DNA from: an uncultured Actinomycetes bacterium
GTDB taxonomy: Bacteria; Chloroflexota; Dormibacteria; Aeolococcales; Aeolococcaceae
Reading direction: 5' to 3'
NCBI GenBank assembly: GCA_964618935.1
Contig: CAZUDL010000008.1
Coordinates: 28,870 to 92,869, forward strand
DNA: 64,000 bases
Part shown: positions 56,697 through 64,000 of the stretch, piece by piece
How positions within the stretch are numbered: position 1 is the first letter of the stretch
Layout of the letters: every line of letters begins with the position of its first letter
The notes under the pieces: model-generated
What the model was told of the DNA's origin: nothing
The model's input: only the letters and a program-made list of their open reading frames with translations
Databases searched by the model: none
Program-made: the position numbers and the translations under genes

Positions 56697-59092
56697 GGTT
56701 GCAGTTGATCGAGGATGTCCTGAACCCTGAAGTCCGCCGCGGCGAGGACCGCGTCGGCCGCCCCGTAGTAGACCCGGATGCTCTCGCCCGCAGCATCCAG
56801 CGGGACGTGGCCGCAGGCGAAGACGACGTCGTTGAAGACACCGCTGCGTTCGTAGCCGGCGGTCGGCACCAGGATCGGTTCCGGCGACCGGGCGAGGACG
56901 TGAGCGGGATTGTCGGCGTCGAGCAGCAGCCCCCCGAGCGCGTAGCGGGTGTTGCGATCGACCCCGTGGTAGATCTCCAGCCAGCCGCCCGGGACGCGGA
57001 AGGGGACCGCACCGGCGCCGGTGCGCAACTCGTCCCACATGCCGGGGCGGGGCAGCGCCAGCGGGGCGTGGTCCCCCCAGTGGACGAGGTCGTCGGAGAA
57101 CGCGATCCACATGCCGAGGACCCGGCCGAAGGACTGCGGCATGGGACGCGTGAAAGCGGCGAAGCGGCCGCCGGTGCGGCCGGGAAAGAGCACCACGTCC
57201 TTGTGGTCGGGCAGGAAGAGGATCCCATGGCGCTCGAACGACCGGAAGTCGGTCGTGGTCAGGCGGCTGGTGGTCACTCCCAGACGGCTCACCGACACGT
57301 ACGTGATGTGCCAGACGCCGTCGATGAGCGTCGCCCGGGGGTCCTCGCAGCCGTACTCCTCGAAGCGGTTCTCGGGGACCAGGGCCGGCTTCTCCTCCAC
57401 CTCGAAGTGGACTCCGTCGCGGCTCCTCGCCACACGGAGATGCGACATCTGGGTGAGGAAGTCGCTGACGTCGTCGGCCGCCGCGGTGAAGCCCCCGGTG
57501 AGGTTGCGGTAGCGGATGGACCGCGGGTCGCTGAGGTCGAGCCCGGGCGTGTCCCGGGGGATGAACACCTCGACGACGCGGGCCGGCTGGTGCTCGGAGT
57601 CGAGCAGGGCGATGGCGATGACGTCCTCGGCGCCGAAGCCCGGGCCCAGGGGCTTGAGCTCCGGCTCCGGGCGCGACAGGTCGAGGGTGAGCGCGTCCGC
57701 CGGGGGGACGGTGCCGGCCGACGGGCGTTCACCGACGCGCAGCAGCAGCACCACCTCGCCGTCCACGCGCGCCGCCGCGGCGTTGAAGACGGAGACGACC
57801 TCCAGGCCGGGCAGCGATGGGCGGACGTCGGACGGGCGCAGGATGGGGTTCTCACGCAGCCGGCGCCCCAGGTCGGCGTCGGGGTCCGCCGGTCGGGCTG
57901 CACGCCGCTGGAGCGGCGGGGTCCGGACCACCTCCTCCATGACGTCGAGGAAGGCCCGCGCCGAGCGCGGCCAGGTCGCGTCGTGGGCGTAGGCGAAGGC
58001 CGCCCGCTCCAGGGACTGCTTCGTCGCCGGCTCGCTCAGGATGGTCGATACGGCGCGTCCCAGCTGCAAGGGATCACGGAAGTCGACGAGGACTCCGCGT
58101 CCGTCGCTCAGCGCCTCGCGGGCATGCAGGTAGCGCGTCGACACCACCGCCTTGCCGGCGCCCAGCGCGTAGGAGAGCGTCCCGCTGGTGATCTGGTTGG
58201 GATCGAGATAGGGGGTCACGTAGACGTCGGTGGCGAGCAGCAGTTCGATGATGTCGGGCTGGCTCATGTAGGTGTCGATGAAGGCCACGTGGTCGTCCAG
58301 GCCCAGCTCGTGCGTCTTCGCCACCAGGGCGTTGCGATAGGTCTCGCCCTGTGCCCGCAGCAGATCGGGGTGGGTCTGGCCGGCGATGAGGTAGAGCGCG
58401 CCGGGATGCGCTTCCAGCACCGCCGGCATGCCCTCGATCATGTACTCGAGACCCTTGCGCGGGTCGACCAGGCCGAAGGTCGAGATCAGCGGGCGACCCT
58501 CCACGCCGAGCTTGCGCTTGAAGCGCACCCTGCCGTGCGGCTGGATCACCGGCATGCCGTGGGGGATGACCCGGGGAGGCTTGGCCAGTCCGTAGTCCAT
58601 GGACAGCAGGTCGATGGCGGTGGACGCCATGACGATGACCTCGTCGCTGAGGTCGGCGATGGCGCGCACCGCCGTCCGGATCGACGCCGACGGCTTGGGG
58701 AGGACCGTGTGCATGGTCGTCACCACCGGCTTGCGCAACTCCTCAAGGAAGAGATGGAGGTTGTCCTCGTAGGCGCCGTCGGTCCAGTGGCCGGCGATGA
58801 ACTTCGATTCCGTCCACGTGCCGTAGAGACCGAACTCGTGCTGCACGTTGACGGCGTCGGCATTCGAGGCGTTGATCGATCGCGCCGCCGCGCGGTAGCT
58901 CTCGGGGTCGCCCTGGCGGATCCGCCAGCGGACCTCGGAGGCGTACGGCCGCCGCACCGTGGGCTCCTCGATGGCGGCGATCCGGCAGGTCGTGGTGGGA
59001 TCGCTGGTGCGCACCGCGGCGATGAGGTCGGCGCAGAACGTGGCGATGCCGCAGCGGCGGGGCACGGCGGAGGAGACGAAGGCGATGCGCAT
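56690..59092 (-). CDS. GT4 glycosyltransferase - GH130 mannoside phosphorylase fusion
   Basis: N-half: PRRCGIATF, QHEFGLYG, GLVDPRKGLE, TSGTLSYA; C-half: ENPIL, VFNAA, EDPR, KDVVLFP, TRP, RTGAG, YHG, VVFACG, YYGAAD; one 800-aa ORF. Confidence 0.87.
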   Translation of the reverse strand: MRIAFVSSAVPRRCGIATFCADLIAAVRTSDPTTTCRIAAIEEPTVRRPYASEVRWRIRQGDPESYRAAARSINASNADAVNVQHEFGLYGTWTESKFIAGHWTDGAYEDNLHLFLEELRKPVVTTMHTVLPKPSASIRTAVRAIADLSDEVIVMASTAIDLLSMDYGLAKPPRVIPHGMPVIQPHGRVRFKRKLGVEGRPLISTFGLVDPRKGLEYMIEGMPAVLEAHPGALYLIAGQTHPDLLRAQGETYRNALVAKTHELGLDDHVAFIDTYMSQPDIIELLLATDVYVTPYLDPNQITSGTLSYALGAGKAVVSTRYLHAREALSDGRGVLVDFRDPLQLGRAVSTILSEPATKQSLERAAFAYAHDATWPRSARAFLDVMEEVVRTPPLQRRAARPADPDADLGRRLRENPILRPSDVRPSLPGLEVVSVFNAAAARVDGEVVLLLRVGERPSAGTVPPADALTLDLSRPEPELKPLGPGFGAEDVIAIALLDSEHQPARVVEVFIPRDTPGLDLSDPRSIRYRNLTGGFTAAADDVSDFLTQMSHLRVARSRDGVHFEVEEKPALVPENRFEEYGCEDPRATLIDGVWHITYVSVSRLGVTTSRLTTTDFRSFERHGILFLPDHKDVVLFPGRTGGRFAAFTRPMPQSFGRVLGMWIAFSDDLVHWGDHAPLALPRPGMWDELRTGAGAVPFRVPGGWLEIYHGVDRNTRYALGGLLLDADNPAHVLARSPEPILVPTAGYERSGVFNDVVFACGHVPLDAAGESIRVYYGAADAVLAAADFRVQDILDQLQPC

Positions 59093-59131
59093 GCTGCCGC
59101 TGCGCCTAGCGCGGCCGGGGATGGCGGTGCC

Positions 59132-59623
59132 TCACTGCACGGAGACCCGCGCCTGCCACTCGGCGCAGGGCTCGCAGAGGGTGCGCAGCCCCACCGCGCT
59201 GCGCACCGTCCCGGCCGGGGAGGCCTCGGGGCTCACGAAGCCGAAGCCGATGTCCCCGACGCCGCAGCTGCGGCAGCGCACCGAATTGGGCAGGGTGCTG
59301 AAGGAGAACCGGTCGCCCTGGATGACCAGCTCGCGGGGGGGATGCGGGTTGAAGCTGGCGGCGGAGACGAGATGGCGCCTCGACCCGGGAGGCGGCTCGG
59401 CCCTCGGCCATTCGGCGGTGGGATGGAGGCCGCGGATCACCTCGAGCTGGCCCGACAGGCCGTGGCGCCGCACGGCGACGACCGGCACGGGCAGGCCGTC
59501 CCCGGTGCTGTGCCCGGGAACCGGGTGGGGCAGCACCTGCCAATGATCTGCGCCCACGCCCTCCGCGTCCCGCCCGGCCGGAGACCGCCGCGCTCCGAGG
59601 AGACGCGCCAGCCTAGACGTCAT
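59132..59623 (-). CDS. 163-aa hypothetical protein with C-terminal CxxC/CxxC
   Basis: High GC3 codon pattern; CRSC and CEPC; start overlaps the phd-like stop by 11 nt. Confidence 0.65.
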   Translation of the reverse strand: MTSRLARLLGARRSPAGRDAEGVGADHWQVLPHPVPGHSTGDGLPVPVVAVRRHGLSGQLEVIRGLHPTAEWPRAEPPPGSRRHLVSAASFNPHPPRELVIQGDRFSFSTLPNSVRCRSCGVGDIGFGFVSPEASPAGTVRSAVGLRTLCEPCAEWQARVSVQ

Positions 59624-59876
59624 GGAGGCTGCCCCGCGGATGCTGCGGCAGCGAGGTCCCTCCAGGGTGGGCGGTGCGCCCGAGATCGGCGCCGGCCGCG
59701 GCGAGGTCGGGGACCTGGGTGAGGATCCAGTCCTCGAGGGCGGCCTCGTCGATGGGGATGAGGGCGACCACCGGCCTGCCGTTGCGGGTCACCAGGGCGG
59801 GACGGCGGGAGGATTGGACCCCCTGGATCACCGAGGTGGTGTTCCGGGCGAGATCGCGGACGCTGACGGTCGGCAT
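59613..59876 (-). CDS. Phd/YefM-family antitoxin-like DNA-binding protein (probably leaderless)
   Basis: MPTVSVRDLARNTTSVI...PALVTRNGRPVVALIPID; TATGCT 6 nt before ATG. Confidence 0.8.
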   Translation of the reverse strand: MPTVSVRDLARNTTSVIQGVQSSRRPALVTRNGRPVVALIPIDEAALEDWILTQVPDLAAAGADLGRTAHPGGTSLPQHPRGSLHDV

Positions 59877-59882
59877 GAGGCC

Positions 59883-59910
59883 AGCATACGCCTTGTCAGA
59901 CAATTGTCAG
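59883..59910 (-). promoter_or_regulatory. phd promoter with overlapping palindromic operator
   Basis: -10 TATGCT (59888-59883), -35-like CTGACA (59910-59905); palindromes TTGTC-A-GACAA (59893-59903) and GACAATTGTC (59899-59908). Confidence 0.7.
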
Positions 59911-60042
59911 TCGTTGACGGCCGGGCCCCAGCCAAACCCCAGGGCCGGAACCTGCCCGTCGACCTGACCGCGCGACGCGCGCGTCCGCCCGTCGAACCGC
60001 TCAGGGCCACCTGCTCGGAGCGTTCGCTACGAGTGATGTTTT

Positions 60043-60117
60043 TGGCTGGGGAGGTAGGATTCGAACCTACGATTGGCTGATCCAGAGTCAGCTGCCTTAC
60101 CACTTGGCCACTCCCCA
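60043..60117 (-). tRNA. tRNA-Gln (anticodon CTG), CCA encoded
   Basis: TGGGGAG/CTCCCCA acceptor stem, GCTGA-CTCTGGA-TCAGC anticodon arm, GTAGG-TTCGAAT-CCTAC T arm; TACACT -10 at 60136-60131. Confidence 0.97.
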
Positions 60118-60261
60118 GCGGCGCTGGCGAGTGTACCCGTCCCCCCTGCCGGGCAGGGCCCGGACGGCCCGCCGGATCGGGCCCCGTGGGGCCCGGCGCT
60201 TCCGCCGTTCGCCCATCGGCCCGGGTTGGATGTCGCCGCCACCGGGCATATACTGGGTTTC

Positions 60262-60603
60262 ATGGACCTCGCCGAGCTGCTCAGATCGCACGCCCGCCGC
60301 TATCGCTGCGCCCAGTGTGGAGGCAACATGGCGGACTGCGGCATCAACGTGATCGCCCAGCAGGGCAACCGCGCCCTGGTCCGTGTCACCTGCCCCACCT
60401 GCAACGACGAGAACCTCCTCCAGATCATCTTCCAGACCGAGGCCGACGCATCGGCGGGAGAGGCGCGGGAGGCGTCCGGCGCCACCCTCGACGAGGGCTA
60501 CCCGGCCGTGGACGGGCCCATCACCGGCGACGAGGTCCTGGAGGTCCACGAGTTGCTGGCGGGCCACGCCGGCAGCCTCGGCGAGCTGCTGGCCCGGCGC
60601 TGA
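60262..60603 (+). CDS. 113-aa Zn-ribbon (CxxC...CxxC) hypothetical protein, probably leaderless
   Basis: CAQC, CPTC, acidic C-terminus PITGDEVLEVHELL; TATACT 7 nt before ATG. Confidence 0.75.
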   Translation: MDLAELLRSHARRYRCAQCGGNMADCGINVIAQQGNRALVRVTCPTCNDENLLQIIFQTEADASAGEAREASGATLDEGYPAVDGPITGDEVLEVHELLAGHAGSLGELLARR

Positions 60604-60648
60604 GGCCGGCGCCGCCTCCCGACGGTTCGCCCAGGATCGCGACCGGCG

Positions 60649-61434
60649 TCACCCAGGCCGGTTCGCCGCCTCCCTCCTGGTGGGCAGCGACCGGCGGATC
60701 CGAAGGCGGAAGACGAAGAGCTCCTTGATGGCGCGGGCGATGGCCCGCGGCCGGGCGCCGGACCGCCGCCCCGCCACCCGGGGGTGATGGGGGATGGGGG
60801 CCTGGGCGATGCGCCAGCCCGCGTAGCGCGCCTTGTAATAGAGCTCGGCGTTGATCAGGGCGCTGCGCGCCTCCAGGGTGAGGGAGTCGAGAACCTCGCG
60901 GCGCATCAGCTTGAGGGCGCAGTCGACGTCCCGGTAGGGGAGCCGGTAGAGGATGGCGACCAGGGTGTTGAAGATCCAGCTCACGACCTCGCGGGCGCGG
61001 GCGTCCTTGCGCTTCTCCCGCCATCCCGCCGCCAGGTCGGCGCGGTCCAGCAGCGGGACGAGGCGGGCGAGGTCGGCGATCTCGAACTGTCCGTCGGCGT
61101 CGGTGAAGGCGACGAAGTCACCGGTGGCGGCGCGCAGGCCGTCCCCCACCGTGGCGCCGTAGCCGCTCTTCTGCGCGTGGCGAACGATGGTGAGCCGCAT
61201 CCCCAATTCGGCCGCCAGGGCGGTGGCGGCGGGGCCGCTGCCGTCGGTGCTGCCGTCGTCGACGATGACGATGTCGTGGCGGCTGGCGAGCGTCGGCAGG
61301 ACCTCCGCGGCGTGGGGCAGCAGCCAGCGGAGGTTCTCCACCTCGTTGTGGACGGGGAGCACCAGCGTCAGGCCGCTGAGGAGCGGCCCGGCCGGTTGCC
61401 CGGCGGGCTCACCCTCGGATCGCGCGGCGGTCAC
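60649..61434 (-). CDS. GT2 glycosyltransferase, DPM1/polyprenol-phosphate glycosyltransferase-like
   Basis: LPVHNEVENL, IVDDGSTDGS, GYG, FTDADGQF, DVDCALKLMRR; GTGA overlap with sqdB. Confidence 0.88.
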   Translation of the reverse strand: MTAARSEGEPAGQPAGPLLSGLTLVLPVHNEVENLRWLLPHAAEVLPTLASRHDIVIVDDGSTDGSGPAATALAAELGMRLTIVRHAQKSGYGATVGDGLRAATGDFVAFTDADGQFEIADLARLVPLLDRADLAAGWREKRKDARAREVVSWIFNTLVAILYRLPYRDVDCALKLMRREVLDSLTLEARSALINAELYYKARYAGWRIAQAPIPHHPRVAGRRSGARPRAIARAIKELFVFRLRIRRSLPTRREAANRPG

Positions 61435-62642
61435 CGCGTGGGGGCGGTGGCCAGCGGCGGAGCGGCCGGCTCCCCGGTGTAGAGGCCGCCGCCCTTGCGC
61501 CAGTCGACCTTGGCGTCCACGGTGTTCCGCCGGACCCGGTGGATGTTGCCCTCCACCGTCTGGACGACGCTGTCGATCAGCGTGTCGCTCAGCGAGTGCG
61601 GCTCCAGGCCGAGGTCGAGGAGGTGCTGGTGCTTCGCGTTGTAGTAGTGCTCCTCCTTCTCCCGGCGCGGGTTCTCGACGTGGTGGATCGTCGTCGGCAG
61701 GCCGTGGGCGGCGCGGGCGTGGGCCACCTTCTCCGCAAGTCCCAGTACGGAGAACTGCTCGGTGAACTGGTTGTAGACGCGGTACTCGCCCGCCGCGGGC
61801 GGGTTGAGGGCCGCCAGCTCGACGCAGCGCACCGTGTCCCGGATGTCGAGGAAGCCCCTGGTCTGCCCGCCCTTGCCGTAGACGCTGAGCGGCTCGCCGA
61901 TGGCCGCCTCCACGCAGTAGCGGTTGAGGACCGTGCCCCAGATGCCGTCGTAGTCGAACCGCGTGGTCAGGTCGGGATGCAGCGCGGTCTCTGCGGTGGT
62001 GATGCCGTAGACGACCCCCTGGTTCAGGTCGGTGGCCCGGAGATCCCAGATGCGGCAGCCGAAGTCGAGGTTGTGGCTGTCGTGCACCTTGGAGAGGTGG
62101 TAGACGGACCCGGGCTGTTTCGGGTAGAGCATGCGGTCGTGGCGCCCGTTGTGGTCGACCTCGAGGAAGCCCTCCTCGATGTCGATGTTCGGGGTGCCGT
62201 ACTCGCCCATCGTGCCCAGCTTGATGAGATGGCAGTGGGGGGCGCGATCCCGCAGGGCATAGAGGAGACGGAGGGTGCCGACGACGTTGTTGACCTGGGT
62301 CTCCACGCCGTGCCGGGGGCTGATCATCGAGTACGGGGCGGACCGCTGCTCGGCGAAGTGGACGACGGCATCGGGTGGGGAGGCGCCGATCAGCTCGTCG
62401 AGGGCCCCCTCGTCGCAGAGGTCGAGCTCGTGCCATTCGATGGTCCGCCCGCTCACCTCGTGCCAGCGGGCCAGGCGCTCCGGCATGGAGGCGATGGCCA
62501 CCAGGCTGTCGGTGCCGCACTCGATGTCCCAGTGCCGGCGGACCAGGCTGTCGACGGCCACGACGTCATGCCCGCGGGCGGACAGGTGCAGAGCCGTCGG
62601 CCATCCGAGGTATCCGTCGGCACCAAGGACCACGATGCGCAT
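61431..62642 (-). CDS. sqdB: UDP-sulfoquinovose synthase
   Basis: GADGYLGWPTALHLS, HFAEQRSAPYSMI, KLGTMGEYGTPNIDIEEG, YHLSKVHDSHN, ATDLNQGVVYG, TVLNRYC. Confidence 0.93.
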   Translation of the reverse strand: MRIVVLGADGYLGWPTALHLSARGHDVVAVDSLVRRHWDIECGTDSLVAIASMPERLARWHEVSGRTIEWHELDLCDEGALDELIGASPPDAVVHFAEQRSAPYSMISPRHGVETQVNNVVGTLRLLYALRDRAPHCHLIKLGTMGEYGTPNIDIEEGFLEVDHNGRHDRMLYPKQPGSVYHLSKVHDSHNLDFGCRIWDLRATDLNQGVVYGITTAETALHPDLTTRFDYDGIWGTVLNRYCVEAAIGEPLSVYGKGGQTRGFLDIRDTVRCVELAALNPPAAGEYRVYNQFTEQFSVLGLAEKVAHARAAHGLPTTIHHVENPRREKEEHYYNAKHQHLLDLGLEPHSLSDTLIDSVVQTVEGNIHRVRRNTVDAKVDWRKGGGLYTGEPAAPPLATAPTR

Positions 62643-62644
62643 CC

Positions 62645-63607
62645 TCAGATCTCCCCGTGAACCGGCCTGGAGGCGGCCGCTGATGGCGATGGGCGCTCGG
62701 CGAAGTACCGGTAGGTCTCCGCGAGCCCCTGCTCGAGGGAAGTGTGCGACTCCCAGCTGAGACGTTGCTGAGCCCGGCCGCTGTCCAGGCAGGCCCGCGC
62801 CACCTCCCCCGGCCGGGCGGGCAGGAGTTCGGGCTCGAGGGACAGCCCCGACGCCCGGATGAGCTCGCCGACGACGGCGCGGACGCTGGTCTCCCGGCCG
62901 GTGCCCACGTTGACCGGCCCGCTCTCCGTCGCCGACAGCGCCGCCCGGGTGGCCCGGGCGATGTCGCCGACGTAGACGAAGTCGCGGGTCTGGAGGCCGT
63001 CGCCGTAGATGACCGGCCGCAGCCCCTGGGTCAGCCGGGTGGCCGAGATGGCCACCACGCCGGCCTCGCCGGTGCCGTCCTGGCGCGGCCCGTACACGTT
63101 GCCGTAGCGCAGGGCGATGGTGCGCAGGCCCCGGCGGCGGTAGGTCCAGAGGTAGGTCTCCTCGCACAGCTTCTCGGCACCGTAGGCGGACATGGGCGCC
63201 GGAGGCAGCTCCTCGGCGGCGGGGAGCCGCTCCGCCTCGCCGTAGATGGCCCCGCCCGAGGAGGCGATGACGATGGTCCCGCATCCCGCCCGTGCCGCCG
63301 CCTCGAAGCAGCCGACCGAGCTGGCGAGGACCCGGTGAACGTGGTCGCCGGGGTCGCGGAGCGCCCGGTTGACACCGCCCTTGGCGGCGAGATGGACCAG
63401 GGTCTCGGGTTTGAAGCGGAGCAGTGCCTCGGCCGCCTCGGAGCCGCCGGCGTCCGCGACCAGCATCTCCGCCGCGCCCGGGAGGCTGGCGCCGCAGGGA
63501 TGGGAGAGATCGTCGATGACCAGCACGTCCAGCCCGTCCGAGGCCAGCATCTCGACGAGGTGGCTGCCGATGAACCCGGCGCCACCGACCACCGCAACTC
63601 GCGTCAT
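62645..63607 (-). CDS. NAD-dependent epimerase/dehydratase (UDP-glucose 4-epimerase-like)
   Basis: GGAGFIGSH, SSGGAIYG, YGAEK, RYGNVYGPRQ, TRDFVYVGD. Confidence 0.88.
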   Translation of the reverse strand: MTRVAVVGGAGFIGSHLVEMLASDGLDVLVIDDLSHPCGASLPGAAEMLVADAGGSEAAEALLRFKPETLVHLAAKGGVNRALRDPGDHVHRVLASSVGCFEAAARAGCGTIVIASSGGAIYGEAERLPAAEELPPAPMSAYGAEKLCEETYLWTYRRRGLRTIALRYGNVYGPRQDGTGEAGVVAISATRLTQGLRPVIYGDGLQTRDFVYVGDIARATRAALSATESGPVNVGTGRETSVRAVVGELIRASGLSLEPELLPARPGEVARACLDSGRAQQRLSWESHTSLEQGLAETYRYFAERPSPSAAASRPVHGEI

Positions 63608-63999
63608 GCGTCGCCGTCGATCGGAATCCGCGGACGTCCCAGGATGAGGATGCCCAGGGCGCCGGCGATGCCCAGCGGAAGCGTCGTGGCCAGGCGGAGC
63701 AGGATGGTGACCGCGGCGGCGCTGACGGCGCCGAGACCGGCCGCGGTCAGCAGGCTGATGACCACGACGTCGGTGGCGCCCAGACCGAAGGGGAGGGTGG
63801 AGACGCTGCCCGCGACCTGCGAGAGGCAGTAGGCCGACACCGCGACCCACAGGGCCAATCCGGCTCCGACCCCCCAGGCGAGGAGAAGGATCTGGAAGCC
63901 GCTGAGCAGGAAGACGCCCAGGGTCAGCGCGGTGAAGACGACGGCCACCCGGAACGACAGGCCGAGATCCTGGAGCCGGACGGTGGCGCGCAGAGCTCC
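63604..63999 (-). CDS. UPF0104 / LPG-synthase-TM membrane protein, 3' part only (start off-window)
   Basis: STLPFGLGATD, AVTILLRLATTLP; ATGA overlap with the epimerase. Confidence 0.65.
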   Translation of the reverse strand, partial: GALRATVRLQDLGLSFRVAVVFTALTLGVFLLSGFQILLLAWGVGAGLALWVAVSAYCLSQVAGSVSTLPFGLGATDVVVISLLTAAGLGAVSAAAVTILLRLATTLPLGIAGALGILILGRPRIPIDGDA

Positions 64000-64000
64000 C

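Noticed and set aside
55600-60117. Genomic island integrated at tRNA-Gln
   Set aside because: No integrase and no direct repeat of the tRNA 3' end seen by eye; composition resembles the flanks (not computationally verified)

Overview
High-GC bacterial chromosomal region, densely coded, with no transposase, integrase, phage gene, CRISPR array or rRNA that I could recognise. From left to right it carries: a GH6 glycoside hydrolase (5' end off-window), a PLP decarboxylase, PEP carboxylase, a GH3 lipoprotein and Bcp/F420-type oxidoreductases; csoR-copA; a near-complete hopanoid operon (prenyl synthase, IDI-2, fused HpnC-HpnD, HpnE, SHC, HpnH, HpnA, HpnG) flanked by MarR genes and two UPF0104/HpnL-like membrane proteins; a peptide ABC transporter; PadR-DrrAB, osmC, a TasA-like secreted protein, an ABC-2 exporter, pheA and phoU; pstBSCA with a Pho-box-like repeat; SulP, a stand-alone ParB/Srx-like protein, two further GT-C-type membrane proteins, a 2-hydroxyacid dehydrogenase, an aldo-keto reductase, citrate synthase, a coiled-coil CHAP hydrolase and a methyltransferase. 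The right end holds a co-directional run (Phd-like gene, Zn-finger orphan, GT4-GH130 fusion, alpha/alpha-toroid-like protein) just downstream of tRNA-Gln(CTG), then a UPF0104-galE-sqdB-GT2 operon. The strongest candidates for an undescribed system are the GT4-GH130 (Lin0857-like beta-1,2-mannoside phosphorylase) module and the sqdB/polyprenol-phosphate glycosylation module. Smaller signals include the HpnC-HpnD fusion, a leaderless uORF coupled to csoR, a Met-rich CxxC mini-protein sharing an operator with gntR, and a PEPC lacking a conserved Arg. The gene mix suggests a monoderm soil lineage such as Dormibacterota, Chloroflexota or Actinomycetota; this is inference only. All product calls come from recalled motifs, and no database search was run.
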